NCBI RefSeq assembly: GCF_036321535.1
Contig: NC_087436.1
Span: 7,626,001 to 7,690,000, forward strand
Direction: 5' to 3'
Origin: Camelus dromedarius
Lineage: Eukaryota
Length of the DNA stretch: 64,000 bases
Shown: positions 37,935 to 51,467 of the stretch, in pieces
Layout of the letters: every line of letters starts with the position of its first letter
How positions within the stretch are numbered: position 1 is the stretch's first letter
Made by a program: the position numbers and the translations under genes
The notes under the pieces: generated by a model
The model's database searches: none
Told to the model about the DNA's origin: nothing
Seen by the model: the letters and a program-made list of their open reading frames with translations, nothing else

Positions 37935-38130
37935 CAAAGGTTGACAAACTTTTCCTGGAAAGTGCCAGGTAGTAAATATTTTCTGTCTTTTGGACATACT
38001 GGCTCTTTTGTAACCAACTCTGCTGTTGTACCAGGAAAATAGACACAGACAACACATGAAAAAAAAAAAGGTGTGGATTTGTTTCAATAAAATGCTGTTT
38101 ACAAAAACAGGCAGCAGCTGCAGGCTGCCC
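37935..38130 (+). mobile_element. MER58-like hAT/Charlie non-autonomous DNA transposon
   Basis: ggttgacaaacttttcc...ccaggtagtaaatatttt...tgtttcaataaaa...tttacaaaaacaggc. Confidence 0.8.
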
Positions 38131-38507
38131 CACCATGTTCTGGAGGGAGAAGGTAAAGATAATAGAAGATGATTGTTAAGAAGATTGTTCAGAAGTGAAG
38201 CTTGAATAAGAGACAGGAGGAAGATTATTGATAAAACAAAACAGACTTCAGACAATATTGTACACTCTGTCACTCCATTTTATGAAATTAGTAAGATTAT
38301 TTCCAAAAATTTGCAAAGTATAAAGAGTAGTGATAGGTTTTCTATTCAAATATTATGACATAAGTTGTGTATTAATTTTATATCACGTATGTTAAAGTTG
38401 ACTACTCTCTTGATTTTAGGGTGCCTCATTTTTCTCCTTCAATTATTTTGTATGTACAAATATTATGTGTAAACACTGTATATATGTAAACATTATACAT
38501 ATATAAC

Positions 38508-38557
38508 TCTCTCTCTCTCTCCATATATATACGTATATATATGGAGAGAGAGAGAGA
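38508..38557. repeat. Perfect 50-bp palindrome built from (CT)n/(TA)n/(AG)n
   Basis: All 25 pairs are complementary about the centre at 38532/38533. Confidence 0.95.
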
Positions 38558-38559
38558 TT

Positions 38560-39780
38560 AGAGAAAGTCATATAGCTGGAATCATACAATATGTGTGTAT
38601 TCACTCAGCAATATGTATTGGAGTTTCCTCCATGTCTTTCTCATGACTTAATAGCTATGAAAGATGACATTCTGGAACAATTTAAAACAGAGCCAGAGCA
38701 GCCACTCCAGAGGAACTACCTTCATGTCCTGTTTTCTGTGCCTTTGAACTGGTACATTTCAAGAAGTCAGCAAAGAAATGAGACTATCTTGCTAAAAGGA
38801 TGGATAAAAGTGAACTTCAACCTAGGGACCACTTCACCTGATCAATGAATGAAGTACAAATCTAGCTTTACCTCATCTTTTACCAATTAATGCTTCACCT
38901 AATTGATTACCTCATCTTGCTTCAATAACCTTTTTTTAAAAAAAACAATTTACTTCACCTTCCTTCTGAACTCCTATCCTGTAGTAGGACACTGTTTAGA
39001 TTTCTTACCTTAATCTGTGTGCTCCAAATTGCAATTTGTTGATCTCAAACAGTTGAACTGGACTCTTATTTTTTTAGAATTATTCATTTTTTTCACCAAA
39101 TAACATTCCATTGTTTGGATGTACAGTAGTTTCTTTTATCCATTCATCTACCAAAGACATCTTGATTGCTTTCAAGTTTTGATAATTATGAGTAAAACTA
39201 TTAACATCCCTGGTCAGGATTTTGTGTGGACATATCTTCAACTCCTTTAGGCGAATATCAAGGAGTGCCATGGCTGAATTGTATGGTAAAAGTTTGTTTA
39301 GTTTTGTAAGAAACTGCCTAACGGTCTTCCAAAGTATCTGTACCATTTGACATTCCCGTCAGCAATGAATGAGGGTTCCTGTTGCTCCACAGTCTCGTCA
39401 GCATCTGGCGTTGTCAGCGTTCTGGGCGATGGCCGTCCTAATAGGGGTGCAGTTACATCCCATTGTTTTAGTTTTTATTTCCTTGATGGCATATGGTGTA
39501 GAACATGTTTTCATATGCCTATCTGCCATCTGTATATCTTTTTTGATAAACTATGCCTTAAGGTCTTTTGCCCATTTTTAAATTTGGTTGTCTGTTCCAT
39601 TATTGAGTTTTAAGAGTTCTTTCTGTATCTTGGGTAGCAGTCCTTTATCAGATGCGCCTTTCTCAAATATGTTCTTCCAGTCTGTGACTCAGCTTTTCAT
39701 TCTCCTGACAGTGTCTTTCAAAAACAGAAAGTTTAAGTTTACCGAAGTCCAGTTCATCAGTTTTTTCCTTTCATGGATTC
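38560..39780 (-). mobile_element. L1MC/MD-type 3' region interrupted by an LTR
   Basis: tcatatagctggaatcatacaatatgt; resumes aataacattccattgtttggatgtac...gttttgtaagaaactgcc. Confidence 0.85.
38658..39075 (+). mobile_element. ERV1-class LTR (MER34/MER39-like) nested in L1
   Basis: Starts tgaaaga and interrupts the L1 text; 3' motif aatctgtgtgctccaaattgcaatttgttgatctcaaa. Confidence 0.5.
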
Positions 39781-39789
39781 TGACGTTAC

Positions 39790-41020
39790 CTAGTTTTGTG
39801 AACTAGGTAAGCTCTGTCTCGAATTATTGATTTATTTATGTTTCCATGAGTTTCTGCCTTTTACTATGCCTTGTAATTTTTTTTTTTTGGTAGCTGGACA
39901 TGTACTGGGTAAAAGAAGCTGCCATAAATAGGTCTTTAGTAATGTGTTGCTGAGGTGTAGGAACATGGGAAGCATCCTGAGATTAGGTCTGTGATTAGGT
40001 CTCGGGTGTGTCAGTGAGCCTGTACCTCTGGACTTCGCAGGTGGGGCAGGATGGCTAAAGTAAGCCGGTATTTCCCTTTCCCACATGGAAGGCTAGAACT
40101 GGCTAGAGTTGGATGTTTCCTTTCCCCCAGGTCAACTAAGCTTTGATAAAACTCCAGCAGGTTAATCTCCAGCTAGTTTCTTCTGAAGGCAGAACTTACT
40201 AAGAACAGAGCAATTCAGGATGTTTCAAAAGGCTTCCTTTTCTTCTCCTCCTTCAGGAAGCATGAGGAAACTTAGCTGATATTCCCTGCAAGAACAAGGT
40301 CAAGCTCCTGGAAATAAAAATTAACGTGGAGCCCCCTGTGACTAGGGCCCCTGGAGTTTTGACTGTCAGTCTTGTCTGCACTGAGCCGTCGGCCCTCTGT
40401 TAGTTACCATCCAGGTTTCCCTCCCCTGCGCTGGGCCCCACAGAGGTCTCAGCTCGTGGGCTCCTACTCAGATGAATTGTGATTCTTTTTATTTGCTGGT
40501 GGGCTCTCCAATTTTGCCTGTTGTGATGTTATAGTCTGAATGTCTGTGTCCCCCCCCCCCCCCAAATTCACATGTTGAAAATCTAAAGCCGAAGGTGGTG
40601 GTGTTAGAAAGTAGAACTTCGGGAGGTGATTAGGTCATGAGGACCCTCAAGAATGCGATTAATACCCTTAGAAAAGAGGCCCAAGGGAGATCCCTGGCTC
40701 TTTCCACCGTTTTAGGACACAGAGAGGTCAGCGGTCTGTAACCGGGCCTTCACCAGAACCCAGCCCTGCGGGCACCCTGACCTTGGACTTTCAGACCTCC
40801 CCGACTGTGAGGAATAATTTCTGACACTGGTAAGCCATCCAGTCTGCGGTATTTGCTACAGTAGCCCAAACGGACTAAGATAAGCAGTCCGCCTTGTGAC
40901 CTTACTTCTGTTATAGACCAGAGGAGAGCTGGTACTTTCAGTTCAGTTTTTTGACTTGGTGTTGGGACAAAGCGGTGCTTGCCAAGTTTCTTACATGGTG
41001 GACTGGAAACTGGAAGTCTA
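39790..41020 (-). mobile_element. L1M 5'-UTR-type segment split by MLT1A
   Basis: Similar to 12391-12970 on both sides of the LTR. Confidence 0.65.
40527..40882 (+). mobile_element. MLT1A-type solo LTR
   Basis: tgttatagtctgaatgtctgtgtcccc...aaattcacatgttgaaa...gcccaaacggactaagata. Confidence 0.88.
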
Positions 41021-43119
41021 ACTTGATTTTTTAAACAGTAAATTTTATCCTTAATGTATCTTGTCGGACTAACCATAAACTGTAAGTACATATAATGTAT
41101 ATTATTTGCCTTCATTTTGCATACAGTCATCTCGACAATCTATAAAACCTTCACTAAATGTCTGGCTGAAGTAATTGTTTTTAAGTGTTCTTTTTGAAGG
41201 CTATACGAACTTCTGTGCTTAATAACAAGAGAATTTTTCTGCTTATCACAATCAGTTACTTCAGTTCTAGTTAACACAATGATGAATTAAAAACCTCTAA
41301 TCAGTATAGACTTTTAAAAAAATTTAATTCCCATAAAGTGTCATTAAATATAAACTGTCCAGACATGTAAGCATCAATCATATAAATCACGTTAAAGATG
41401 CTACTTAGTCCCTGATTTATTTTAAACAACATTGAATCTCATTAACATTCCAGTTATATACTTTGAATATTAATTATTGTGGATATTTTTGAGATACCTT
41501 GTCAACTTAAAGTCATTAAGGAATGAATAAATGAATAAATAAATAAAAATAAATAAGTAGTCTTGAACCAACTATTTCTTTTTCTCCCGTTGTATATATA
41601 TTGCAAAGCTTGCACAAAAAAGATAAAATATAAAAATTGACAATCAACCACCTAAAAAAATTAATTGAGTATTTAGAAGAAATTTTTTTTTAGCATTTAG
41701 TATCCAAAGAGAAGTATGGTATGGCTTCAGTGATAATATGGAAAAATGAATCATGTAATTATAGGTATGTTTTTATTTTATAGTTTTGAGGATTATCTGT
41801 ACTATTTATAAGATATATCCATTATGATTTATTACATGATGGTAATTATTACATTTAATAAGGCAGTAAAATCATACAATTCACCACCAGGGCAACCTTT
41901 ATATACACAGGTCTGCTAAACACGTTCTTTTCAGAAAATGAGTGTTTGGGTTCCTTATTTATACTAATAGAATTATTTTATATTTGTATAATAAATTTGA
42001 TAATGACTCAAAAATTTTTTTCCAATAAATCACAATATGTTTTTAAAAATTAAAATATTAAAAGCAAGCTGTATTCTATTTCAACTACATGAATGTCCAT
42101 GCTGCTCTTTGGAAGGATTCCTTGATATGATCACATTGTATAAACTGAGAGGATTGTTTCTGAAAATATCACTAAAGCTTAGGCAATGTTATTTGTTTAG
42201 ATACTGCTTCCCTCCTCGCTTTTCCAAACATTTGTATCAAAGGAAGAAATGTAATTAAACTGTTTCATTAAAATCCAGGCGAAAGCTGAATTATGTTTCG
42301 GTTTTATGCATTTGTTCCTGATATTCCTCCTTCGTGGAATGTCTTTCCATGCCTGTCTTCCTGGTCCTAGTTCTTACCTCTTCTGTATTGGACTCATCCT
42401 GGTTATTGCAGGATTGCCCCACAGTATTGTAACAATTCTTGTCTGCATTATGAACTTTGGTCTTAAATTACCACACTTCCCAGCATATAGCGGGCTTTCC
42501 AGTAGATATTAAGGATGTTCCAGCTTTTGAATGGATTTGAAACTTTGTAATGATGGCTACAAGTTTAATACTATTTCCACATCCCTCATCACATGCCTAA
42601 TTGCCAATCCCAATGCCTGGTGTTCAGTTTTCTGCAGTGACCTTTTTACTTCTCTGCAGTATTTGCCAATTTTGAACAATACTGCCATCTTGTACTCTTT
42701 GTGCTCTGGTTTTGGCCATATCACTTTCCAGGCAATTTTGTTCATGTTTCTCCAGAAATATCTTAGATTTGGGTCATCTCAATTTTTTTCAATTTCTGCC
42801 TTGTTCTGTTTTCTTGTTCTGTGCTTTTCTCTGGCCAATCTTACCTGCTTCTGTTACTTAAATTATTAGCTATTCCCTGATGGGAATACTAATGAGTCAT
42901 TTTTATTAGACGCTTTCCTAATATTAGAAAATTAATTTGCACTCTTTCAACTAATTCTCATCAGACCCAGTGGTGTAGATTCTCATATTGTTTCCACAGC
43001 ACAAATAAGGAAAACGAGAGATTAAACTGCGTGCTGGCTGTGATGCAGCTAATTGTGTTGGAGTCAGCGTACAACTATGGATTTCAGACTTGATTCTGAG
43101 CTTCTGACTGGTACCCTGT

Positions 43120-43960
43120 GTTACTCCCTAATTATGCTAGATTGTGTCTTTCCAGCCCTCAGATTTCTCCTGACCCCTATTTCACCTGTCTGCTAAGTCT
43201 ATCTACGTGAAATGCTTTGCAGAGAAATCAGATTTTACTCTTGGAAAGTGAACATCTCTTACAAGTTCACTATATCTTCTGCTCATTGAATGTAATAGTC
43301 AACCATCCAGTTGTCCAAGCTGGAAACCTCAGAAAAATCTGTGTTAAGCTTCCTCACCCTCCACAGTCAAAGAATGAAGTACACCTTTCAAGTCCTCTCA
43401 GTTTTATTTCAGAAATACCCTTACCATGACGTGTCTCATCCCTAATCCAAACCACCATACTTATTTTCTGAACTAGACTATTGTTAACAGTTTTACCTTG
43501 CAGTTCAACCTCAGTGATGCTCAGAGTTATTTTTGTGTAAATTTAAGTTTGAATTTATTTTTTATCTAAATCCTTCCATTTTATGAAAATCTTCAATGCT
43601 CCAACTCCATGTAGCTTTCTCCCCACCGTCTACTTCCAAGAACCCTATATTCTAGACCCCAGGGGATTCTAACACTGAAACAAGTTAGTCGTGCTCTCTT
43701 GTTCTTCTGGGCCTTTGTTTGTGTTGTTCTCTCTGCCTGAAATATTATTTCCTTCCTTTCAACCCAGTGGAATTCATTCTTCCTTCAAGGCATAACTCAA
43801 ATTACATCTTCTCTTTGAGGTCTTTCTGCCACCAACTCCGACTCCTCCATCTTGGACAGAATCCATTACTCCTTCCTTAGGGCTCCAAAGTTTCTTCACT
43901 CATCCTTACCATAGATATTATTACAATATATTTCATTGTTTTTTTGTGCTTTAAGGCATG
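43120..43960. mobile_element. L2 fragments
   Basis: Pyrimidine-rich L2 text (ccatccagttgtccaagctggaaacct, ttctctctgcctgaaat, tccttcaaggcataactcaaatt). Confidence 0.6.
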
Positions 43961-44504
43961 GTTATATTCTCCCTTGGCATTTAAAATGCTGACCATAATC
44001 AGTTTTCTGCTTTAATCCTCGGTATGAATCCAAAAAGGTCAACATCAGGTAAGGAACAAAAAGTGTTTTCTATGTATTGCACACAAAAATGTATGAAATT
44101 TATATGTTTTCCTTTGTATCTTATTTCTTTATGTTATGCTTATTAGGTTTAGCAAATTTGGAAATATTATAATGGTAACAGGACACAGAATTAGAATTAA
44201 AGTCATATAAACATTTATCTAACTCTATATGCATCTCTGAATCATATTTGGCCATTTGTTAGTAATAACTAAAGACATAAAGTATAATTCATTGGCATTT
44301 CCTAACCTTATTTATACATATAAAATAATGTTATCATTCCCATAGAGTCTGCATGAAGAATTCTATATCCATTCTTCTGTGCAGTTTTTCTTTGAGTTGT
44401 ACAGATATCAATTTGATTAGTAATTGTCACTAAGAATTCTTTGCTTCAGATTTAAATTTTATTTACTGACTATTTTTAAGAGCTTTACGAAGTACAATTG
44501 TGAG

Positions 44505-44750
44505 AGGATGTTTGACATAGTTTAAGTAATAAGAGTTTTGAAATAAGATAGACCTAAGATATAATTTCAGCTTGACTATTAATTAGTTGTTTGGATAAAG
44601 GCATATATTAACTCCTCTGAATCTCAGTTTTGTCTTCTGTAGTATTGAGTAAGAATGACTTTTTGGAAACCTGTTTTGAGTCTTAAAAATGGTGTACATA
44701 AAGGTCCTAACCTAAGGCAGGACACAGCCCATAATTGGTAGTTGTAAATA
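44505..44750 (+). mobile_element. MIR SINE
   Basis: gttttgaaataagatagacctaag...ttaactcctctgaatctcagttttgtcttctgta. Confidence 0.65.
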
Positions 44751-45974
44751 TTGTTAGTCATACAGTGACTAGTTTGTTCCTGCAGTGTCCCTAAATTTTT
44801 TTTTTTATTATCCACAGGATCATCATGAATTCTCCTGTGTCGAGATTTAATGGAGGGTTGCTTTAGCATTTGATTGAGTTATGTCTGATATGTCAGAACG
44901 AAAGTCACAAGATGAATGTGTGAGTGGAACTCTCTGCCACATGACTGATTTATGTGGGTTCTCTTTGAATCACAGGAGCAGCCTTGCTAGCAAACTTGGA
45001 GTTTAAGTTGCCTCCCTTTCCTGATTCCCAATTGACAAAAGAGCAAACCTTGGCCTGACAATATCTGATTTATTTTTTTTGATATCTGGAGAGCTTACTA
45101 GCTATTGCTTAATTCTAATCCAGTACATTAAGTGTTTGCTTTAAAAATGGGCTTCAGAATATCCTTAAAACACTTGTGTGAAATATTTTTACATATTATT
45201 GGATTTAATCTTCATTGGACATTTTTAGGAAAAAAAACGGAAGTGGCTGTTCTTTATAAGTTTTCATGTCTATAAAGAGAATGTGCGGATGGTTCTTAAT
45301 GTTTGGGATAATGATCTAATAATACAAAAATGCAGATAGCTGCATCCCATAGCACACTAGAACAGAAGGAAATAGTGAAGGCTCACATTTAATTATTAAA
45401 GTCACATGTGAAAAGGTGAATGATGGGAGGGAGCCATCTGAGATGGGATTAGCATTGGGATGAAGACTCAGCACTGTGGGTGAATCTGGATGCAGTGGTG
45501 GGAATGACCTGGTAGGTCTGCTCACATGCGGGTTATTGTCTGTGTAAATGCACCTGTCTTTTCCAGTAGTGCTGCTTATAGTTTAAAGGCTTAGAGGTTG
45601 AGCAACACTTCAGAGAGCCTTGGTATCCTGCTGATTTTTAATTATCCATAGGAATAACTCAACAAATATTAACCCTGCAAATATCAGCTAGTGGCAATAC
45701 TATGTGGGAAAACACAGCAAGGCAGGAGGGTAAAATTCCCTGGTCAGTCTTGACATGATTTCTAATAAGGTAATCAGAGAACTATAAAGTGGTATTGAAG
45801 AAAGTCCTGACAAAATGAGCGAGAAATCCATGCGGATCTTGGGGGACGATTTTTAAGTAGAGAGAAAGCACATACAAAGACCCCAAGGTGAGGTGATGCA
45901 TTCAAGGAAAACCAGGAATACAGAGTAAGGGGGACAGAAATAGGACATGCAGAGAGGCCAGGTCACTAGGTATG

Positions 45975-46280
45975 GTGGTGGGAGGGAAGGGGGTAGGAAG
46001 GGATAAATTGGGAGTTTGAGATTTGCAGAAACTAACTAGTATATCTAAAATATATAAACAACAAGTTCATGCTGTACAGCACAGGGAACTATAGTCAATA
46101 TCTTGTAGTAACTTATGGTGAAAAAGAATATGAAAGCAAATGTATGTTTGTTCATGTATGACTGAAGCATTGTGCTGTACACCAGAAACTGACACAATAC
46201 TGTAAACTGACTACTTCAGTAAATATATAAATATAAATAAATATATAAATATATATATATATAAAGAAAAAAAGAAAATT
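45975..46280 (+). mobile_element. Young L1 3' end with (TA)/A-rich tail
   Basis: gggataaattgggagtttgagatttgcaga...tacagcacagggaactata...ctgtacaccagaaactgacacaa. Confidence 0.92.
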
Positions 46281-46619
46281 TAAAGTACGCAACACAGAAA
46301 ATGAAGGAGACCAGGTAGCTAGCTTCAAATGTTAGAGGGAACGTTCATAAAAATGAGGATTAGTTGCGGGTAGTATAATGTTATATTTCAGGTTCATTAT
46401 GAATTAAAGAAACTAATCTGATGAGCTGGGAAGCTAATCATATATTTATAGAAAAAATGTAATGTAACAGAGCCAACAAGTAAACTTCTGGAAATTAAAA
46501 AAAAAAAAAAGAAATGGAATGGATGCTAGATTCTCTGTATGACCCACAAAACATCCGAGGAATTGGAGCAAAGGAACGTCATACCCTGGCAGCTGTGTTG
46601 AGGACATATTGTAGGAGAG

Positions 46620-47605
46620 GCAGGGACAGATGGAGAGACTGGATGGGTAGAATTTTTTGCAGTACATTAACTGAGAAATGATAACGGGTTCCTAGTGTCA
46701 TTAGGGAGGTGAAAAGAGGTAGTCACACACTGGGCATATTTGATGATGCAAGAGAAAGAAGGTATAGGCTGGATACTTTGGGATTCAGTGCACAAGTGGG
46801 AAGTTAGCTTCCCTCTGAGCAATGACAATTGATGTCCAGGTTGAGATGCAGGTGAGCTGGTGAGTGTAATGATGGGAGCTTGTGAAAGTTTTCTTCCAAC
46901 TACTTCTAATTCTTTCAGTGAAAAAGAGAAAGGAGATAGTGGAAGTGAGGCGGGGGGTGGAGATTTTAGAGATGAGAAGAGAGAGGAAAAGTTGTAAAAT
47001 AGTGTTGGAGTGTAAATGGAGATTCTGGGGGGTAAATTTGGAAATTAGTGCAATCAACAGATGGTTATTAGGAGCCACTGTGGTTACTGGATTTGATTTT
47101 AAAATCAAAAAAATTTTTGCACGGTTGTATGTCTTTATCTATATTCTTCTGAGCAGGTGAGGTACTGAATACGGATTGCACTGGATGTCAGCAGGATTAG
47201 AATTTTGTCCTGTGAATGGAACAAGTGCGTAAAACAAAGAAGGCAAGAGAATTGAGGGTCTGTTCAGGCAGTGATTTTAGCGATGGGGCATGTCATCTAC
47301 ACTAGGTAGGAGAGACTTGAGGACGTGAAGATCAGTGGAAGATTGGTGAAAAGAGATCTTGGTGCAATTGAGGTATTTGAGTGCAAGGGTACCAGAGAGC
47401 AGGAGATTCAGAGGGAAGCAATAATGGAGAGTGAGATGTTTGAAACTGAGATTGTCTAGGGTACAGTCCTTTGTCATGACAAGGTCACGGAAAGAAGAGG
47501 AAGAGGTTAACCGGGGCAGAAGATCATTGAAAGAGAGGAGATTTAGGTACTAAAAAGGTAGCTTTTGAAATCACTAAAATAATAATAAAAGAATAATGTA
47601 GGAGA
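46620..47605. mobile_element. L2 (ORF2-derived) fragments
   Basis: Purine-rich decayed L2 text (ccaactacttctaattctttcagtgaa, agtgagatgtttgaaactgagatt). Confidence 0.5.
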
Positions 47606-47607
47606 GA

Positions 47608-48226
47608 ATTTTATTTTTTATTTGTATTTTTTAATTGAAGCACAGTCAGTTACAATGTGTCAGTCTCTGGTGTACAGCACAACGTCCCAGTCATGTATAT
47701 ACATACATATATTCGTTTTCATATTTTTTTCCATTAAAGGTTATTATAAGATATTGAACATAGTTCCCTGTGCTATACAAAAGAAACTTTTTTTCAATCT
47801 ATTTATATATATATCATGGCTAACATTTGTAAATCTCAAACTCCCAAATTTATCCCTTCCCACTCCCTTTCTCTGGTAACCATAAGATTGTTTACTATTT
47901 CTGCGAGTCTGTGTCTGCCATGTAGATGAGTTCATAGTGTCCTTTTTTTTTTTTTTAAGATTCCATATATGAGTGATATCATATGGTATCTTTCTCTTTC
48001 TGGCTTACTTCAGTTAGAATGACTATCTCTAGGTCCATCCATGTTGCTGCAAATGGCATTATTTTATTCTTTTTTATGGCTGAGTAATATTCCACTGTAT
48101 AAATATACCACAGCTTCTTTATCCAGTCATCTGTCAATGGACATTTAGGTTGTTTCCATGTCTTGGCTATTGTAAACAGTGCTGCTGTGAAAAATGGGGA
48201 CCATATATATTTTTAAATTAGAGTTT
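47608..48226 (-). mobile_element. Young 5'-truncated L1
   Basis: T-rich tail, ttgaagcacagtcagttacaatgtgtca and ctggcttacttcagttagaatgac. Confidence 0.92.
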
Positions 48227-49307
48227 CAAAAACAAAGAGACAAAATTGGGGAATATAATCAAATAAACTTGGGGAAACATCAGTAAAATAGATCTTAACT
48301 TCTCAGAGCCTTTAGTAAATCAATGAACCTTGTGCCTCCCTAGGAGAGCTCTACTAAACTCCGTTTCTCCAACACTTCATCTCATCTTGAAGAATCAATC
48401 AGTGCTCCTCAAAACTAATATTTTGGTGTAATTGGTAAATACCCATGCTCACATAACTGGCGGGTAGTGGAACCAGGATTCTGATCCTGGCAGTTCAGCT
48501 ACAGAGTGTGTACTCAACCCATGAGACTGCAAGGAAATTTAGGAAATTCCAACAATGGATGAGTGAGGATAGAAAACTAAACGACTCATTATAGCAACAG
48601 CACACACCTGCCATGTGTTTCTTAAGACACTGTCAAATAACCATAAAAGAACCAGTATCAGAGCGATTTTTGTTTTGGCTGATAAAATACAGACAGACCA
48701 CTTGATAATCTCTACCTAATTATACTTTGTTATGCAGGGCTAAACGCCCAAACACCTGATTGAAAAAAATTCCTATAATGGTTCTCTCCCATGTATATGG
48801 AAATAGCCCAGAAATAGTAATGACAGTGCAGAGCAGTGTATAAGATTTTATTTATTTTTTTAACGTTAAATTCTAGCAAGATTGCAAACCCTACATAGTT
48901 AGATATAAACCTACTGGTGTGTGGATGTGTGTGTGTGTGTGCACATTATTTTATTGTATTTTTAATATCTTGTTGAATTATTGTATGCTCTTATGTTGGC
49001 TGGGTTTGAAAAAGCAGCTCTAAGTATTTAATCTTTTGGGAACTGATCCATTTTATTTAATTATTAATTGGTCATAGTCAGGCAAGCAAAGATGTCTTGT
49101 TTTAGAAATAGGCTCACAGTAAATCTCAACTTGTAGCTGTTAAACTGCAGAGTCTTAGAGACTGCCACAAATGCTCTAAAGCTAAATGCAAAATTATCTG
49201 TATATAAATAATTTTTCTAAATTTTTTGCTTCTATGGACATTTTTCTATGATAGAACAGATTTATATCTCAGTCCTCCTGAAATAGTAAAATCATTTCTT
49301 TGCAAAA

Positions 49308-49326
49308 GTGTGTGTGTGCATGAATA

Positions 49327-49383
<57 letters not shown>
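49308..49383. repeat. Compound (TG)n(AG)n microsatellite
   Basis: Directly visible. Confidence 0.97.
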
Positions 49384-49387
<4 letters not shown>

Positions 49388-51179
49388 GTTACTTAAGATT
49401 TTGAAATGTGGCATCTTGGATGGTGTGACTCGAGAGAGTCTGACATTGAGTTTACTATGTAAATTACAGGTCTTGGCATTTTTGTTGAACTGATTCAAAT
49501 AGAATGGAGAGGAATTGGCTACAACTGGAATCTTATCTGCTCACCAACTTATTTGGATCTTAACTGTAAACTTCCTCTTGGTTGGTAATTAAATAAAATA
49601 GGAAATGCTGAAACTAAAAGTGATCTCAGGAAGCTGGCTTCTTCCCATGTTTTATTGGAAAAACTCTCCAAAGGACAGAAATGCATTTTATGTTTTTTTT
49701 AATAATGCATTGTTTGGTTTCAAATTAAACAATAAGGGACAAATGAATAGAACTTGTGTTTAACATTAAGTTGCCCCTGAGCAACTGTTAGTATCAATTA
49801 CACATCTATTCTGCACACCAGTGATTTCCTCCTTTTTCTATTCAAGGTTTCCCTTGGGAAGTGCATTTAGTACTGATGAAATGCTGTCCTCTGAGTTTTT
49901 CCCATTGTTTGGATTATGATTTCAGTACTTTTCGGTATGAAGAAAATAGCACTAAAACTACTAAATAACTGCTCTTTTCAGATGTATTAATCCCTGTTTA
50001 TAATTATTTGGCAATTAATTTTAAGAGCATGTTGACTAATGCATCATAGGTCTCAAAGTCTTAGTTCAAGTAATGTTTCTCAAATCATTTATTTGTATAA
50101 TTAAAAATGTACTGCATTATTTGTTTTATAGGTCTTATAACTGATAAGGGTAAAGCAATTCCACTGCAGGAACTTTCTAACAGAATTATTGCACAAGGGT
50201 TAAATGTAAGAATTCACTAAATTTCTACCTGTTTTGTAGTGGGATGTACAGAAAATATTATTTACTGGGATTTTCAGTGCTTATTGGTACAATGTTAATT
50301 AAGATTTGTTTTGTTTTCTTTAAGAAGTCTTCATAAATGTCTGTTTGCAGATTTTATTTCCTTCTACTTTGTATCTGACCTATTATTGACTTTTATGTTA
50401 AGTGTCCTTTGCTGTATCTAGTTACAAGGATTTAGGACACTTTTATACATAAGCAATTAAGCAATTGTCTTCCTATTAATTTTATATTTTTGAAAAAAAA
50501 AGCCCCTTTGTGTATATTTAATGTTACTATTTAATTTTTTTTTGTTCCAGAGGTATTGTGGATTATCACTCAGCACCTCACTTGATTACTTTAAAATACT
50601 GATGATATTTAAATTTGTCCAAGTGTTCTAGCTCCGATTTAGAAATGGTCTATTTTAGAGACATTAATGGAATGAAGATACTGGAAATATTTGCAAATAT
50701 ACCTACTTATATGTGTGACATAATCTACATTTTCAGAATGGAATTAGTGTAAAACAATAAAAAGTCCTCATTTGTCTTCTAAGTGAACAATGAAATTGCT
50801 CATGAAACACAATCAATTAGTTAATGATACTCCATGAGCAGAGATTAGATTATAAAAGAAAGCTCAAGGGTCTTACCCTGTGTTCTCAAAACCCTAGAGC
50901 CTGCAGCTAGAACTATATTTCCTATATTTCAATATAACAATTTCCTTTATAATGTTATTTACTTTTTGGAATACTTAAACATTACTATGACAAACATTTC
51001 ACTAGACTTCCAAAGGAATCCATGGTACACAAAAAGTGAAAAAACCCTGATTGGATATGATAAAAATAGCAAATACTGTATCATTGTTGACAATTTAAAG
51101 GATTATTTGTATTATTTTTAAAGAACTCAAAGAATTTACTTGTTTATTCTTTAAAGAATTATTTTAAGAATTTTACTTG

Positions 51180-51345
51180 TATTTATTTATGAAATCCAAC
51201 AATCCCAGGAGGTAGGTACCATTATTAGACTTCATTTTAAAGGAGGTAACTAGATCACAGAGAGGTTAAGTAACTTACTTGGAGTCAAACAGCCATCACT
51301 GAAATTCTGACTACAGAAATTGTGTCTGAATACTCAACTGCCTCT
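51180..51345 (-). mobile_element. MIR SINE
   Basis: caacaatcccaggaggtaggtaccattatt...cagagaggttaagtaactt. Confidence 0.75.
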
Positions 51346-51425
51346 AGATATAATAGCAGCTTTTAAGATACAATAAAAAATACACTGGATTTTAAAAGCT
51401 GTTAAATATTTATTATAGATGTTTG

Positions 51426-51467
51426 TTCTTTGTATTTTAATATGATTTCTTTGTATTTTAATATGAT
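51426..51467. repeat. 21-bp perfect tandem duplication
   Basis: ttctttgtattttaatatgat occurs twice in tandem. Confidence 0.95.
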
